Position numbers and translations under genes: made by a program
Shown: positions 1 through 12,150 of the stretch, in pieces
How positions within the stretch are numbered: position 1 is the stretch's first letter
How the letters are laid out: each line of letters opens with the position of its first letter
Notes under the pieces: generated by a model
Told to the model about the DNA's origin: nothing
The model's database searches: none
What the model saw: only the letters and a program-made list of their open reading frames with translations
NCBI GenBank assembly: GCA_030390025.1
Contig: JASTWF010000347.1
Location: 1-64,000, forward strand
Length of the DNA stretch: 64,000 nucleotides
From: Squalus acanthias
Lineage: Eukaryota
Direction of reading: 5' to 3'

Positions 1-199
1 AAAAACCATCCAGGGACCACTTACAATGTGACACCAAATCAACAGACCATTTGCACTATGACACCAAATCTAGAGACCACTTATACAATGACAGCTAATT
101 GAGGAAACATTTACAGAGACACTAAATCCTGTGACCACTTACACTCTGACACCAAACCCAGGGACTATTTGCAGTGCAACACTAAATTCAGGGCCCACA

Positions 200-1520
200 T
201 GAACATTCCCAGGGTTAGAATCCCCATGTACAGTCCCAGGGTTAGAATCCCCATGTACAGTCCCAGGGTTGGAATCCCCATGTACAGTCCCAGGGTTAGA
301 ATCCCCACGTACAGTCCCAGGGTTAGAATCCCCATGTACAGTCCCAGGGGGTTAGAATCCCCATGTACAGTCCCAGGGTTAGAATCCCCATGTACAGTCC
401 CAGGGTTAGAATCCCCATGTACAGTCCCAGGGTTGGAATCCCCATGTACAGTCCCAGGGTTAGAATCCCCATGTACAGTCCCAGGGTTAGAATCCCCATG
501 TACAGTCCCAGGGTTGGAATCCCCATGTACAGTCCCAGGGCTGGAATCCCCATGTACAGTCCCAGGGTTAGAATCACCATGTACAGTCCCAGGATTTGAA
601 TCCCCATGTACAGTCCCAGGGTTAGAATCCACATGTACAGTCCCAGGGTTAGAATCCCCATGTACAGTCCCAGGGTTAGAATCACCATGTACAGTCCCAG
701 GATTTGAATCCCCATGTACAGTCCCAGGGTTAGAATCCCCATGTACAGTCTCAGGGTTAGAATCCCCATGTACAGTCCCAGGGCTGGAATCCCCATGTAC
801 AGTCCCAGGGTTAGAATCACCATGTACAGTCCCAGGATTTGAATCCCCATGTACAGTCCCAGGGTTAGAATCCACATGTACAGTCCCAGGGTTGGAGTCC
901 CCATGTACAGTCCCAGAGTTAGAATCCCCATGTACAATCCCAGGGTTAGAATCCCCATGTACAGTCCCAGGGTTGGAGTCCCCATGTACAGTCCCAGAGT
1001 TAGAATCCCCATGTACAGTCCCAGGGTTGGAATCCCCATGTACAGTCCCAGGGTTAGAAACACCATGTACAGTCCCAGGGTAAGAATCCCCATGAACAGT
1101 CCCAGGGTTAGAATCCCCATGTACAGTCCCAGGGTTAGAATCCCCATGTACAGTCCTAGGGTTAGAATCCCCATGTACAGTCCCAGGGTTAGAATCCCCA
1201 TGTACAGTCCCAGGGTTAGAATCCCCATGTACAGTCCAGGGTTAGAATCCCCATGTACAGTCCCAGGGTTAGAATCCCCATGTACAGTCCCAGGGTTAGA
1301 ATCCCCATGTACAGTCCAGGGTTAGAATCCCCATGTACAGTCCCAGGGTTAGAATCCCCATGTACAGTCCCAGGGTTAGAATCCCCATGTACAGTCCCAG
1401 GGTTAGAATCCCCATGTACAGTCCCAGGGTTAGAATCCCCATTTACAGTCCCAGGGTTAGAATCCCCGTGTACAGTCCCAGGGTTAGAATCCCCATGTAC
1501 AGTCCCAGGGCTGGAATCCA
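200..1520. repeat. 27-bp minisatellite (CCCAGGGTTAGAATCCCCATGTACAGT)n, ~48 copies
   Basis: Direct reading; 9-aa periodic ORFs in several frames; a degenerate ~30-bp periodic stretch precedes it at 1-200. Confidence 0.97.
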
Positions 1521-1947
1521 TGCGTTGCCAATGAGCTTGGGCCCCAGCACATGCTCACCGTAAAACCCAGGTCAAGGGCCGGCCCACTGTGCCCTCTCTG
1601 AACCCGGTTTGCTGCTCCCTCTGTGCCCAGCACTGCCTGCACCCCCAGCGCACGGAAGTGGAATTTAGCCTCAGTGTTACAAGTTTCATCGGTTACAGGC
1701 TGGAGAGAGGAATAGTTCAAACTGACCCAGAGCTGTGTGATTGGTTCAGTCTGTATATCACTGACGGGCCCTTTTAAATTTGAGTGGTCAGGTATTCAAA
1801 TTCCCAGTAACTCTAATCCCGGATATAAAAGAGGGGAGAGCTGTGTTTAAATCAGAGGCCCCTTGGAGATTCTCAGTGAAGGAACTGGTCAGCTTGAAAT
1901 TCGAAGCAGAAAAATCAGTGAGAAATTTCCAATGAGCAGATTTTGAC

Positions 1948-2091
1948 CATAGAATCAATGGTTCCAGCACAGAAGGAGGCCATTCGGCCCCTCGAGCCCG
2001 TGCCGAAACAGCGTAGCTCATCAGGGCGGGGATTGAACCCGCGACGTTGGCGTTATTAGTACCATGCTCGAACCATCTGAGCAAACTGACC
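1948..2091 (-). mobile_element. Mini-SINE-like insertion: tRNA-Ile(AAT) head plus CR1-type 3' tail
   Basis: Minus strand reads a tRNA-like head, then ...GGCCGAATGGCCTCCTTCTGTGCTG...ATTCTATG; absent at paralogous sites ~39020 and ~47830. Confidence 0.75.
2018..2091 (-). pseudogene. tRNA-Ile(AAT)-derived pseudogene
   Basis: GGTCAGTTTGCTCAGATGGTTCGAGCATGGTACTAATAACGCCAACGTCGCGGGTTCAATCCCCG resembles vertebrate tRNA-Ile-AAT; acceptor stem is mispaired. Confidence 0.8.
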
Positions 2092-2828
2092 AATATCAAC
2101 TCCCACACGGATGGGGAATTCTAGAATAAGGAGGAACCGGTCACGATTTGAAAGGTATTAAAGTAATCGAGGGGCCCTTACATTTGGGATCTTTCTTTAT
2201 TTTGTCCACTCGAGGAGTTAGATAACAGACTTCGTCTTGTTAATGTGGAGCTGGATTATTGGGCCGTGATGTGTTTCCTTGTTGATCTTCTGTTAAATAC
2301 ATTTCCTGAGTTAATTTGAATCTAAACCAGGTTTGCAGGCGTGATGCTCTATTCACACATCGAAGGTGAGAGAGATGCTGTGGGTCACACACTAAGCCCA
2401 GTAGCTGACAGTGATTAACAGACTGGGTTTTGTGTTTAGTGATCCCGGGCGTGTTACCGATACCTTCCCTGGATACCAAGGCTAGGAGAGGAACTCTGGA
2501 AGGTTTGGGGAGCTGGGACTTGTCCATGAGAGTAACCGAAGGTATGAGAACTGAAATAATCTAGAGTTAGAAAGGAGAAAAGGCCCAAAAATGGAGCAGT
2601 CAGTAACAGGACATCAATTAGTCTCCTGTTATCTTGGAGACGTCAAGGACTCGACAGACTGTGTGTTTGAAACAAAGCTGATTTATTTGGCATATATCCA
2701 GAAGATTAAACTCCAGCCCAGTTAGGGAGTTATTAACATCAGAAACAAACCCCAACTATCAGAATGAACATGGTTCAGTCCTGAATGTGATTAACAGCAG
2801 CAATAACAGCAGAATCCAACCCTTGCAG

Positions 2829-2987
2829 TCACTTGTGAACTCGCTGGTGTCTCAGCAGATCCCTTGTGCTTTTAAAGCTCTTCTCACATTCAGAACATTT
2901 AAATGATCTCTTATCAGTGTGAACAAGTTGGTGTGCAGTGAGGATGGCAGACTCTGTGAATCTCTTCCCACACACGGAGCAGGTGAA
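2829..2987 (-). pseudogene. Last two C2H2 fingers of ZNF-A, cut off by a LINE insertion
   Basis: [13 protein letters not shown]...HQRVHK* followed by the family 3' UTR. Confidence 0.85.
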
Positions 2988-3812
2988 CATAAGAACATAA
3001 GAAATAGGAGCAGGAATAGGCCAGTAGGGCCCTCGAGCCTGCTCCGCCATTCAATAAGATCATGGCTGATCTTGGGCTCAAAGCCACTTCCCTGCCCTCT
3101 CCCCAGAACCCTTCACTCCCTTATCTTGCAAAAATTTGTCTATCTCCACCTTAAATGTATTTAATGACCCAGCCTCCACAGCTCTCTGGGGCAGAGAATT
3201 CCACAGATTTACGACCCTCTGAGAGAAGAAATTCCTCCTCATCTCAGTTCTAAAAGGGCGACCCTTTATTCTGAGACTGTGCCCCCGAGTTCTAGATTTC
3301 CCCACGAGGGGAAACATCCTCTCTGCATCTACCTTGTCGAGCCCCTTCAGTATCTTATATGTTTCAATAAGATCACCTCTCATTCTTTTAAATTCCAATG
3401 AGTATAGGCCCAGCCTGCTCAACCTTTCCTCATAAGTCAACCCCCTCATCTCTGGAATTAACCTAGTGAATCGTCTCTGAACTGCCTCCAATGCAAGTAT
3501 ATCCTTCCTTAAATAAGGAGACCAAAACTGTACGCAGTACTCAAGGTGTGGTCTCACCAATACCCTGTACAGTTGTAGCAGGCCTTCCCTGCTTTTATAC
3601 TCCAACCCCCTTGCAATAAAGGCCAACATTCCATTTGCCTTTTTGATTACTTGCTGTACCTGCATGCTAACTTTTTGTGTTTCATGCACAAGGACCCCCA
3701 GGTCCCTCTGAACTGTAGCATTTTGTAATCTCTCTCCATTTAAATAATAGTTTGCTTTTTTATTTTTCCTGCCGAAGTGGATAACCTCGCACTTTCCCAC
3801 ATTATACTCCAT
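2988..3812 (-). mobile_element. 5'-truncated CR1 LINE inserted in ZNF-A
   Basis: ORF2 C-terminus ([31 protein letters not shown]) and (TTCTTATG)n tail; splits the linker GTGAAC/GGCCTCTC. Confidence 0.95.
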
Positions 3813-4664
3813 CGGCCTCTCCCCGGTGTGAGTGCGTTGGTGTCTCAGCAAGTGGGGTGAACGAATGAATCCCTTTCCACACACGGAGCAGGTGAACGGT
3901 CTCTCCCCAGTATGAGTGCGGTGGTGTGTCAGCAGATCATTTTTCCTTTTAAAGGTCTTCTCACAGTCAGAACATTTAAAAGGTCTCTTATCAGTGTGAA
4001 CAAGTTGGTGTGTAGTGAGGTGGGATGAAGAAGTGAATCCCTTCCCACACACGGAGCAGGTGAACGGCCTCTCCCCAGTGTGAACTCGCTGGTGTGTCAG
4101 CAGATCCCTTGTGCTTTTGAAGCTCTTCTCACAGTCAGAACATTCTAAAGGTCTCTTCTTGGTGTGAACAAGTTGGTGTGCAGTGAGGTTGGCAGACTCT
4201 GTGAATCCCTTCCCACACAGGGAGCAGGTGAACGGCCTCTCCCTGCTGTGAGTGCGTTGGTGTGCCAGCAAGTTGGATGAACGAGCAAATCCCTTCGCAC
4301 ACACGGAGCAGGTGAATGGCCTTTCCCCTGTGTGAGTGCGTTGGTGTGCCAGCAAAGAATTTCTGCTTTTAAAGCTCTTCTCACAGTCAGAACATTCAAA
4401 AGATCTATCATCAGTGTGAACAAGCTGGTGTGCAGTGAGGTGGGATGAAGAAATGAATCCCTTCCCACACACAGAGCAGGTGAATGGCCTCTCCCCGGTG
4501 TGAATGCGCTGGTGTTCAGTGAGGTTCCATGAACGAGTGAATCCCTTCCCACACACGGAGCAGGTGAACGGCCTCTCCCCGGTGTGACTGCGTCGATGAG
4601 TTTCCAGCTCAGATGGGCAAGAGAATCCCTTCCCACAGTCCCCACATTTGCACGGTTTCTCCAT
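3078..4664 (-). CDS. ZNF-A: 10 C2H2 fingers fused in frame to a CR1 ORF2 C-terminus (528 aa); expression unknown
   Basis: ATG in CACCATGG context; uninterrupted ORF ...[16 protein letters not shown]...GKWL*; the upstream finger (4665-4750) has stops and the family splice acceptor is missing. Confidence 0.55.
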   Translation of the reverse strand: MEKPCKCGDCGKGFSCPSELETHRRSHTGERPFTCSVCGKGFTRSWNLTEHQRIHTGERPFTCSVCGKGFISSSHLTAHQLVHTDDRSFECSDCEKSFKSRNSLLAHQRTHTGERPFTCSVCAKGFARSSNLLAHQRTHSRERPFTCSLCGKGFTESANLTAHQLVHTKKRPLECSDCEKSFKSTRDLLTHQRVHTGERPFTCSVCGKGFTSSSHLTTHQLVHTDKRPFKCSDCEKTFKRKNDLLTHHRTHTGERPFTCSVCGKGFIRSPHLLRHQRTHTGERPMEYNVGKCEVIHFGRKNKKANYYLNGERLQNATVQRDLGVLVHETQKVSMQVQQVIKKANGMLAFIARGLEYKSREGLLQLYRVLVRPHLEYCVQFWSPYLRKDILALEAVQRRFTRLIPEMRGLTYEERLSRLGLYSLEFKRMRGDLIETYKILKGLDKVDAERMFPLVGKSRTRGHSLRIKGRPFRTEMRRNFFSQRVVNLWNSLPQRAVEAGSLNTFKVEIDKFLQDKGVKGSGERAGKWL

Positions 4665-4863
4665 GGTGCGGGTGTCCTTGTGTCTCTACAGGTTGGACAA
4701 TCGGTTGAAGCCTCGTCTACACACAGAACACATATATGGTTACTCCCCACTAATCTAATTTAATCATGACAATATTTTCATTTTGACAATATTTTCATTT
4801 TAATTCCGGACTTCTAAAACCCCCTTTCCCACACTCGGTCCTTCCCTATAAATTGTCCCCGTG

Positions 4864-5066
4864 TAATATTTCTCCAGGTTATAGTCTAACAGTTTTATTT
4901 GAAATCACAAGCTTTCTGAGCGCTGCTCCTTCGTCAGGTGAAGGAGCAGCGCTCCGAAAGCTTGTGATTTCAAATAAAACTGTTGGACTATAACCTGGTA
5001 TGGTGCGACTTCTCACATTTGTCCACCCCAGTCCAACACCGGCATCTCCACATCATAATATTTCTC
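4864..5066. mobile_element. Penelope-like fold-back remnant with 11-bp TSD
   Basis: TSD TAATATTTCTC at 4864-4874 and 5056-5066; 59-bp inverted arms at 4874-4932 and 4940-4998. Confidence 0.8.
4905..4942 (-). ncRNA. Minimal type I hammerhead ribozyme motif
   Basis: TCAC-CTGACGA-A-GGAGC AGC GCTCA-GAAAGCTT-GTGA: conserved core, helix II with one mismatch, palindromic AGCT helix III. Confidence 0.65.
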
Positions 5067-5080
5067 AGTTTAGGTGAAGG

Positions 5081-5250
5081 ACGCTCCCTGACTAGTCTCA
5101 ACTTCTCCTGCATTTACAGACGCTCCCTGACTAGTCTCCATTTCTCCTTCATTGACAGACGCTCCCTGACCAGTCACCATTTCTCCTTCATTTCCAGACG
5201 CTCCCTGACCAGTCACCATTTCTCCTCCATTTACAGACGCTCCCTGACTC
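5081..5250. repeat. 39-bp minisatellite, ~4 copies (inverse of 23668-23920)
   Basis: GACGCTCCCTGACCAGTCACCATTTCTCCTCCATTTACA units. Confidence 0.9.
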
Positions 5251-5347
5251 ACTTCCTGTCTGTCCCGGAGTTTGGGGCTTTGTTGAGATTCGGGCCGGAG
5301 CGAAACGGGAACCCGCGGGTGGAGGCGGATAATGTTCACTGATCTCA

Positions 5348-5695
5348 TAATGGGGCCTGGGGCCGCACTCGGGGTGTGTGCAGCCCGCGCATGCTCAGCT
5401 CAACTTCTGTTGTTCAGGTTTAAAGGTCAAGCCCCGCCCCTCACACACTCCGATTGGTTGGAGGACCCGCCGCCCGCTCGGTCCTCCAGGCCCGCCCCGC
5501 TCTTCCTATTGGTCCGGAGCTCCCGTCAATCACTCGGGCAGTGTGAGCTGAGCATGCGCGGACCTTGGCAGCAGCCGCTGACACATCAGGTGAGAGAGCT
5601 CAGGGAGCGGGTTAATAAACCCCGGGGGGACGCGGGCTGCACACACCCCGAGTGCGGCCCCAGGCCCCATTATTAAAACACTCAACATTATCCGC
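5348..5695. promoter_or_regulatory. Bidirectional promoter module between ZNF-A and ZNF-B (left arm internally deleted)
   Basis: CpG-rich; GC boxes, two ATTGG (CCAAT) boxes, GCATGCGC NRF1-like sites; donor CAG|GTGAGA at 5590. Confidence 0.7.
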
Positions 5696-5902
5696 CTCCC
5701 CACAACTACCCGCCAGTTTAAGACACAAACTCCGGGACAACCAGGAAGTGCTGGGAAATCCCCAGCGAGTCAGGGAGCCGGACTCTCAGGAGGCTCCACA
5801 CCGCTGGCTGCTCGTGTGTCAGTGATCTCCCATCAGATGAATGTGCGCCTGCTGTGTGTGTGTTTAACAAAGTGCCCGAAGTAGTTCATAAGGTGAGGAA
5901 CG

Positions 5903-6258
5903 AGTGAGTGTCGAACTGAACCCAGCCAGAGTCAGCACCTTCAGGGGAGGAGAGAGAGAGGAACCAGTGAGTGTAGAACTGAACCCAGCCAGAGTCAGCA
6001 CCTTCAGGGGAGGAGAGGGAGAGGGAGGGGAATCAGTGAGTGTAGAACTGAATTCAGCCAGAGTCAGCACCTTCAGGGGAGGAGAGGGAGGGGAACCAGT
6101 GAGTGTGGAACTGAACCCAGACAGAGTCAGCACCTTCAGGGGAGGAGAGGGAGAGGAACCAGTGAGTGTCGAACTGAACCCAGCCAGAGTCAGCACCTTC
6201 AGGGGAGGAGAGGGAGGAGAACCAGTGAGTGTAGAACTGACCCCAGCCAGAGTCAGTA
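5903..6258. repeat. 63-bp minisatellite, ~5.5 copies, in the putative ZNF-B intron
   Basis: GTGAGTGTAGAACTGAACCCAGCCAGAGTCAGCACCTTCAGGGGAGG... units. Confidence 0.93.
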
Positions 6259-6327
6259 CCTAGAATTGCCTGTTCTGAATTTCTATCCTGCACTCTCAGT
6301 CATGTCTTTTATAAACTCCTTTTACAG

Positions 6328-7340
6328 GATATTAGAAGGGGAGGATTTGCAGATGGGAAACTCAAACCAAACATCACGTCAAGATCTGAAAGAGGCACTC
6401 GATACATCTGGACGTGAATATTATCGGCCTTTGAATGTGGACGGAGAAATGTTTTAACCAGTTACACAGCCTGAAAAATCATCGTACCATTCACAGCGGG
6501 GAGAAACGGTACACGTGTTCTGTGTGTGGACGAGGCTTCAACTGATCGTCCAACCTGGAGAGTCACAAGGACACCCGCACCACGGAGAAACCGTGGAAAT
6601 GTGGGGACTGTGGAAAGAGATTCACTTACCCGTCTGAGCTGAAAACCCATCGCTACCGGCACACCGGGGAGAGGCCGTTCACCTGCTCCATGTGTGGGAA
6701 GGGTTTCACGAATTCATCCCACCTTCTGAGACACCAGCGAGTTCACACTGACGAGAGACCTTTTAAATGCTCCAACTGTGCGAACTGCTTTAAAAGCTCT
6801 GAGGAACTGATTCAACACCAGCGAGTTCACACTAGGGAGAGGCCGTTCACCTGCTCCGTGTGTGGGAAGGGTTTCACTAATTCATCCCACCTTCTGAGAC
6901 ACCAGCGAGTTCACACTGACGAGAGACCTTTTAAATGCTCCAACTGTGCGAACTGCTTTAAAAGCTCTGAGGAACTGATTCAACACCAGCGTGTTCACAC
7001 TGACGATAAACCATTCAGTTGCTGTCAATGTGGGAAGAGATTCAGGCAGTCATCCAATCTCATTGTACACCAACGCACTCACACTGGGGAGAGGCCGTTC
7101 ACCTGCTCCATGTGTGAGAAGAGTTTCATTAAATCATCCAACCTGCTGACACACCAACGAATTCACACTGGGGAGAGGCCGTTCACCTGCTCCATGTGTG
7201 GGAAGAGATTCACTTGTTCATCCACCCTGCTGACACACCAGCGAGTTCACACTGGGGAGAGGCCGTTCATCTGCTCCGTGTGTGGGAAGGGATTCAATCA
7301 GTCATCCAACCTGCTGACACACCAGCGAGTTCACAAGTGA
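6328..7340 (+). CDS. ZNF-B exon: deleted, stop-containing leader, then 9 open C2H2 fingers (gene or pseudogene)
   Basis: Acceptor TTTTACAG at 6327; in-frame TGA at 6543-6545; open to HQRVHK*. Confidence 0.7.
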
Positions 7341-7878
7341 CTGCATGGGTTGGATTCTGCTGTTAATCATATCCAGGACTGAACCATGTTCATTCTCAGA
7401 GTTGGGGTTTGTTTCTGCTGATGTTAATATCCCTATAACTGGGCTGGAGTTTAATATTCTGGATATATAGCTGATTGAGTTGTCGGGGCTGCAGTGTCCC
7501 TTTAAGAACTGCTGTCTGTGAGCTTTTCCCCTTAATTCAGGGACTTTGATCAGAAATTGGTTGCAAAAAAATTATGAATTTTACTTCAATCCTAAATTAA
7601 TCTTTGGTACAAAATCTACAATTTGGTATCTGAAAAGTGCCAGTGATTATCATCTCCAATTAGAAAGTGCTGATTAATCCTCGCTGACAATTCTTACTGA
7701 CTTGCACATTACACACAGTGGCACCTCCATTATCCACCAGAAAGAAGGGGAATGGGAATTGGTGGAGAATCGAGAATCCCCAAATGTTGCCCCTCCGGTC
7801 TGGTACAGCAGTCCCTGCGGGACGGGAATGGAGACAAGTCCAGTTATAGTAACGGGCTGAGTTTAATCTTTCTGGGCC

Positions 7879-9977
7879 TGTGGGGTTGGTTTATATCAGA
7901 CAGGAGGAGATTGGAGTCAGTGACTGTGGGGTTGGTTTATATCAGACAGGAGGAGATTGATGTCAGTGACTGTGGGGTTGGTTTATATCAGACAGGAGGA
8001 GATTGGTGTCAGTGACTGTGGGGTTGGTTTATATCAGACAGGAGGAGATTGATGTCAGTGACTGTGGGGATGGTTTATATCAGACAGGAGGAGATTGGTG
8101 TCAGTGACTGTGGGGTTGGTTTACATAAGAACATAACATAAGAAATAGGAGCAGGAGTAGGCCAATCGGCCCCTCGAGCCTGCTCTGCCATTCAATGAGA
8201 TCATGGCTGATCTGATCCTAACCTCAAATCTAAAGAACACAAGAAGTAGGAGCAGGACCCGGCCACTCAGCCCCTGGGCCCGCTACGCCACCCACAGGGC
8301 CTCGACCGATCCGAACTCAGCCTCATGTCCAATTTCCTGCCCGCTCACCGTAACCCCTAATTCCCTTTACCTCTCGGAAACTATCTATTTCTGTTTTAAA
8401 TTTATTTAATGATGTAGCTTCCACAGCTTCCTGGGGCAGCAAATTCCACAGACCTACTACCCTCTGAGTGAAGAAGTTTCTCCTCATCTCAGTTTTGAAA
8501 GAGCAGCCCCTTATTCTAAGATTATGCCCCCTAGTTCTAGTTTCACCCATCCTTGGGAACATCCTTACCGCATCCACCTGATCAAGCCCCTTCACAATCT
8601 TATATGTTTCAATAAGATCGCCTCTCATTCTTCTGAACTCCAATGAGTAGAGTCCGAATCTACTCAACCTCTCCTCATATGTCCACCCCCTCATCCCCGG
8701 GATTAACCGAGTGAACCTTCTTTGTACTGCCTCGAGAGCAATTATGTCTTTTCTTAAGTATGGACACCAAAACTGTATGCAGTATTCCAGGTGCGGTCTC
8801 ACCAATACCTTATATAACTGCAGCAATACCTCCCTGTTTTTATAATCTATCCCCCTAGCAATAAAAGCCAACATTCCATTGGCCTTCTTGATCACCTGCT
8901 GCACCTGCATACTAACTTTTTGATTTTCTTGCACTAGGACCCCCAGATCCCTTTGTACTGCAGTACTTTCCAGTTTCTCACCATTAAGATAATAACTTGC
9001 TCTCTGATTTTTCCTGCCAAAGTGCATAACCTCACATTTTCCAATATTGTATTGCATCTGCCAAATCTCCGCCCACTCACCCAGCCTGTCTATATCCCCT
9101 TGTAGGTTTTTTATGTCCTCCTCACTTTCTACTTTCCCTCCCATCTTTGTATCATCTGCAAACTTTGATATGTTACACTCGGTCCCCTCCTCCAAATCGT
9201 TAATATAGATTGTAAAGAGTTGGGGACCCAGCACCGACCCCTGCGGAACACCACTGGCTACTGGTTGCCAGTCCGAGAATGAACCATTTGTCCCAACTTT
9301 CTGCTTCCTGTTAGATAACCAATCCTCCACCCATGCCAGAATATTACCCCCAATCCAGTGATTTTTTATCTTGAGCAATAATCTTTTATGTGGCACCTTG
9401 TCGAATGCCTTCTGGAAGTCTAAATACACTACGTCCACTGGTTCCCCTTTATCCACCCTGTACGTTATGTCCTCAAAGAACTCAAGCAAATTTGTCAGAC
9501 ATGACTTCCCCTTCATAAAGCCATGCTGACTTTGTCCTATTAAATTATGTTTATCTAAATGTTCCGTTACTGTCTCCTTAATAATAGACTCCAAAATTTT
9601 ACCCACCACAGATGTTAGGCTAACTGGTCTATAATTTCCAGCCTTCTGCCTACTACCCTTTTTAAATAAGGGTGTTACATTAGCAGTTTTCCAATCTGCC
9701 GGGACCTTTGCTGAGTCCAGGGAATTTTGGAAAATTATTACCAAAGCATCCACAAACCCTACTGCCACTTTCCTCAAGTTTATATCAGACAGGAGGAGAT
9801 TGGCGTCAGTAACTGTGGGGTTGGTTTATATCAGACAGGGGGAGATTGGTGTCAGTGACTGTGGGGCTGGTTTATATCAGACAAAGGAGATTGGTGTCAG
9901 TGACTGTGGGGTTGGTTTATATCAGACAGGAGGAGATTGGTGTCAGTGACTGTGGGGTTGGTTTATATCAGACAGGA
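7879..9977. repeat. 46-bp minisatellite split by a CR1 insertion (7879-8123 and 9778-9977)
   Basis: GGAGATTGGTGTCAGTGACTGTGGGGTTGGTTTATATCAGACAGGA units. Confidence 0.93.
8124..9777 (-). mobile_element. Young 5'-truncated CR1 LINE with an open RT domain
   Basis: 484-aa stop-free ORF with YLDFQKAFDKVPH, GVPQGSVLGP and KFADD; (TTCTTATG)n tail. Confidence 0.96.
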
Positions 9978-10360
9978 TATACTAGTCAGAGTTGGAGATA
10001 TATATTATATAATGTGTCAAGAAGTTGATTAACAGAGTGGGGCATCATCTCCCTTTGATTTCTATTTCTGACGCCAGGCAACGGAAAAAAGGTCATTACA
10101 ACACGACAGAAACAGACTCTTCAGGTGTGAGACATCAGACTTCAGAACAACACGTCTGCCAGCTCTGGCCACAAACCTCAGTACAGTCAACCTTTCAGCA
10201 GCTGCAGCCCTGATTAAATAACTAGTAGTTTAACATGTCTAGTAGAGCTTTTGTATTTATATCCAAAATAAAAAAAAAACTGCTCATTGCTGCTCATCAA
10301 TATCCAAACAATGGAAATGGACACATTTAAAGTCAAGATATTTCACTTTTTTGAGGGTAG

Positions 10361-11220
10361 GTTCCCCTCCAAGGAGGACACACACCCTCTTTGCCTGGTT
10401 CCCCTCCAAGGAGGACACTCGCCCTCTTTACCTGGTTCCCCAAGGAGGACACACACCCTCTTTACCTGGTTCCCCTCCAAGGAGGACACTCGCCCTCTTT
10501 ACCTGGTTCCCCTCCAAGGAGGACACTCGCCCTCTTTACCTGGTTCCCCTCCAAGGAGGACACACACCCTCTTTACCTGGTTCCCCTCCAAGGAGGACAC
10601 ACACCCTCTTTACCTGGTTCCCCTCCAAGGAGGACACTCGCCCTCTTTACCTGGTTCCCCTCCAAGGAGGACACTCGCCCTCTTTACCTGGTTCCCCAAG
10701 GAGGACACTCGCCCTCTTTACCTGGTTCCCCTCCAAGGAGGACACTCGCCCTCTTTGCCTGGTTCCCCAAGGAGGACACTCGCCCTCTTTGCCTGGTTCC
10801 CCTCCAAGGAGGACACTCGCCCTCTTTGCCTGGTTCCCCTCCAAGGAGGACACTCGCCCTCTTTGCCTGGTTCCCCAAGGAGGACACTCGCCCTCTTTGC
10901 CTGGTTCCCCTCCAAGGAGGACACTCGCCCTCTTTGCCTGGTTCCCCTCCAAGGAGGACACACACCCTCTTTACCTGGTTCCCCTCCAAGGAGGACACAC
11001 ACCCTCTTTGCCTGGTTCCCCTCCAAGGAGGACACACACCCTCTTTACCTGGTTCCCCTCCAAGGAGGACACACACCCTCTTTACCTGGTTCCCCTCCAA
11101 GGAGGACACACGCCCTCTTTACCTGGTTCCCCAAGGAGGACATACGCCCTCTTTACCTGGTTCCCCAAGGAGGACACACACCCTCTTCGCCTGGTTCCCC
11201 TCCAAGGAGGACACACACCT
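10361..11220. repeat. 37/34-bp minisatellite, ~23 copies
   Basis: GGTTCCCCTCCAAGGAGGACACTCGCCCTCTTTACCT with a 3-bp deletion variant. Confidence 0.96.
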
Positions 11221-11509
11221 CAGTCCGTCTCCACCACTCGCACTGCACATGCTCAGAGCACAGTCCAGTGATGAGCCAGCGCACTAGGATCGGGTTGTCA
11301 TTGATGGGGCCCGTTCTGACGCGTCATGAATTCTGGGTAAAGAATTGAAACCCTGAATTGGAGAAGAGAAAATTCATTTATTTGTTGTCCGATTGAGATT
11401 GGGCCATTTTTCACTACCTGTAGGGGTGACACTAAGTTGGCCCAGTGACACCAGATGGGAGCAAAAACCATTAAGGCAAGTGCCCCAGTGCCCCATAGAT
11501 ATTAAACAA

Positions 11510-12150
11510 ACAATAACGGGTTACTTGGGTTTATAAACAGAGGAATAGAATATAAAAGCAAAGAGATGATGCTGGAACTTCATCAATCACAGGTTAGGCC
11601 TCAGCTGGAGTGTTGTGGACAATTCTGGGCCCCACACTTGAGGAAAGGTGTAAAGGCCTTAGAAAGGGCCCAGAGGAGGTTTACCAGGATGTTACCAGGG
11701 ATGAGGGACTTCAGTTATGAGGAGAGGTTGGGAAAGTTAGGACTGTTCTCCTTGGAACAGAGAAGGTTCAGAGGTGATTTAATAGAGGTTTTCAAGATGA
11801 TGAGAGATTTTGATCGAATAAATAGGGAAAGAAACATTCCCTCTGGTGAGTGGGTCAATAACTAGAGGTCAAAGATTGAAAAATATTGTCAAAAGATCTC
11901 GAGGGGAGATGAGGAGAAATGTTTCCACTCAGAGAGTTGTGGGGATCTGGAACGCTCGACCTGAAAAGATGGTGGAAGCTGATTCCGTTAATAATTGTAA
12001 AGCAGAGTTGGACGGGAACTTGAGCAACTGACAGGGTTACGGACAGAAAGTGAGGATGTGGGACTAAACACGACGACTCTTTCAAAGAGCCGGCACAGGC
12101 ACGACGGGCCGAATGGCCTCCTTCTGTGCTGTAAGTTTCTATGAATCTAT
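11510..12150 (+). mobile_element. CR1 3' fragment
   Basis: RPQLECCGQFWAP and LFSLEQRRFRGDLIEVFK; TTTCTATGA tail. Confidence 0.88.

Noticed and set aside
200..1520. Telomeric repeat
   Set aside because: Only an 8-nt AGGGTTAG match per unit; no (TTAGGG)n run
165..1563. Long periodic ORFs on both strands
   Set aside because: Artefact of a 27-bp (multiple of 3) tandem repeat; no coding evidence
2018..2091. Functional tRNA-Ile gene
   Set aside because: Mispaired acceptor stem, and part of an insertion with a LINE tail
10287..11348. ~300-aa ORFs in three frames
   Set aside because: Stop-free 37/34-bp minisatellite
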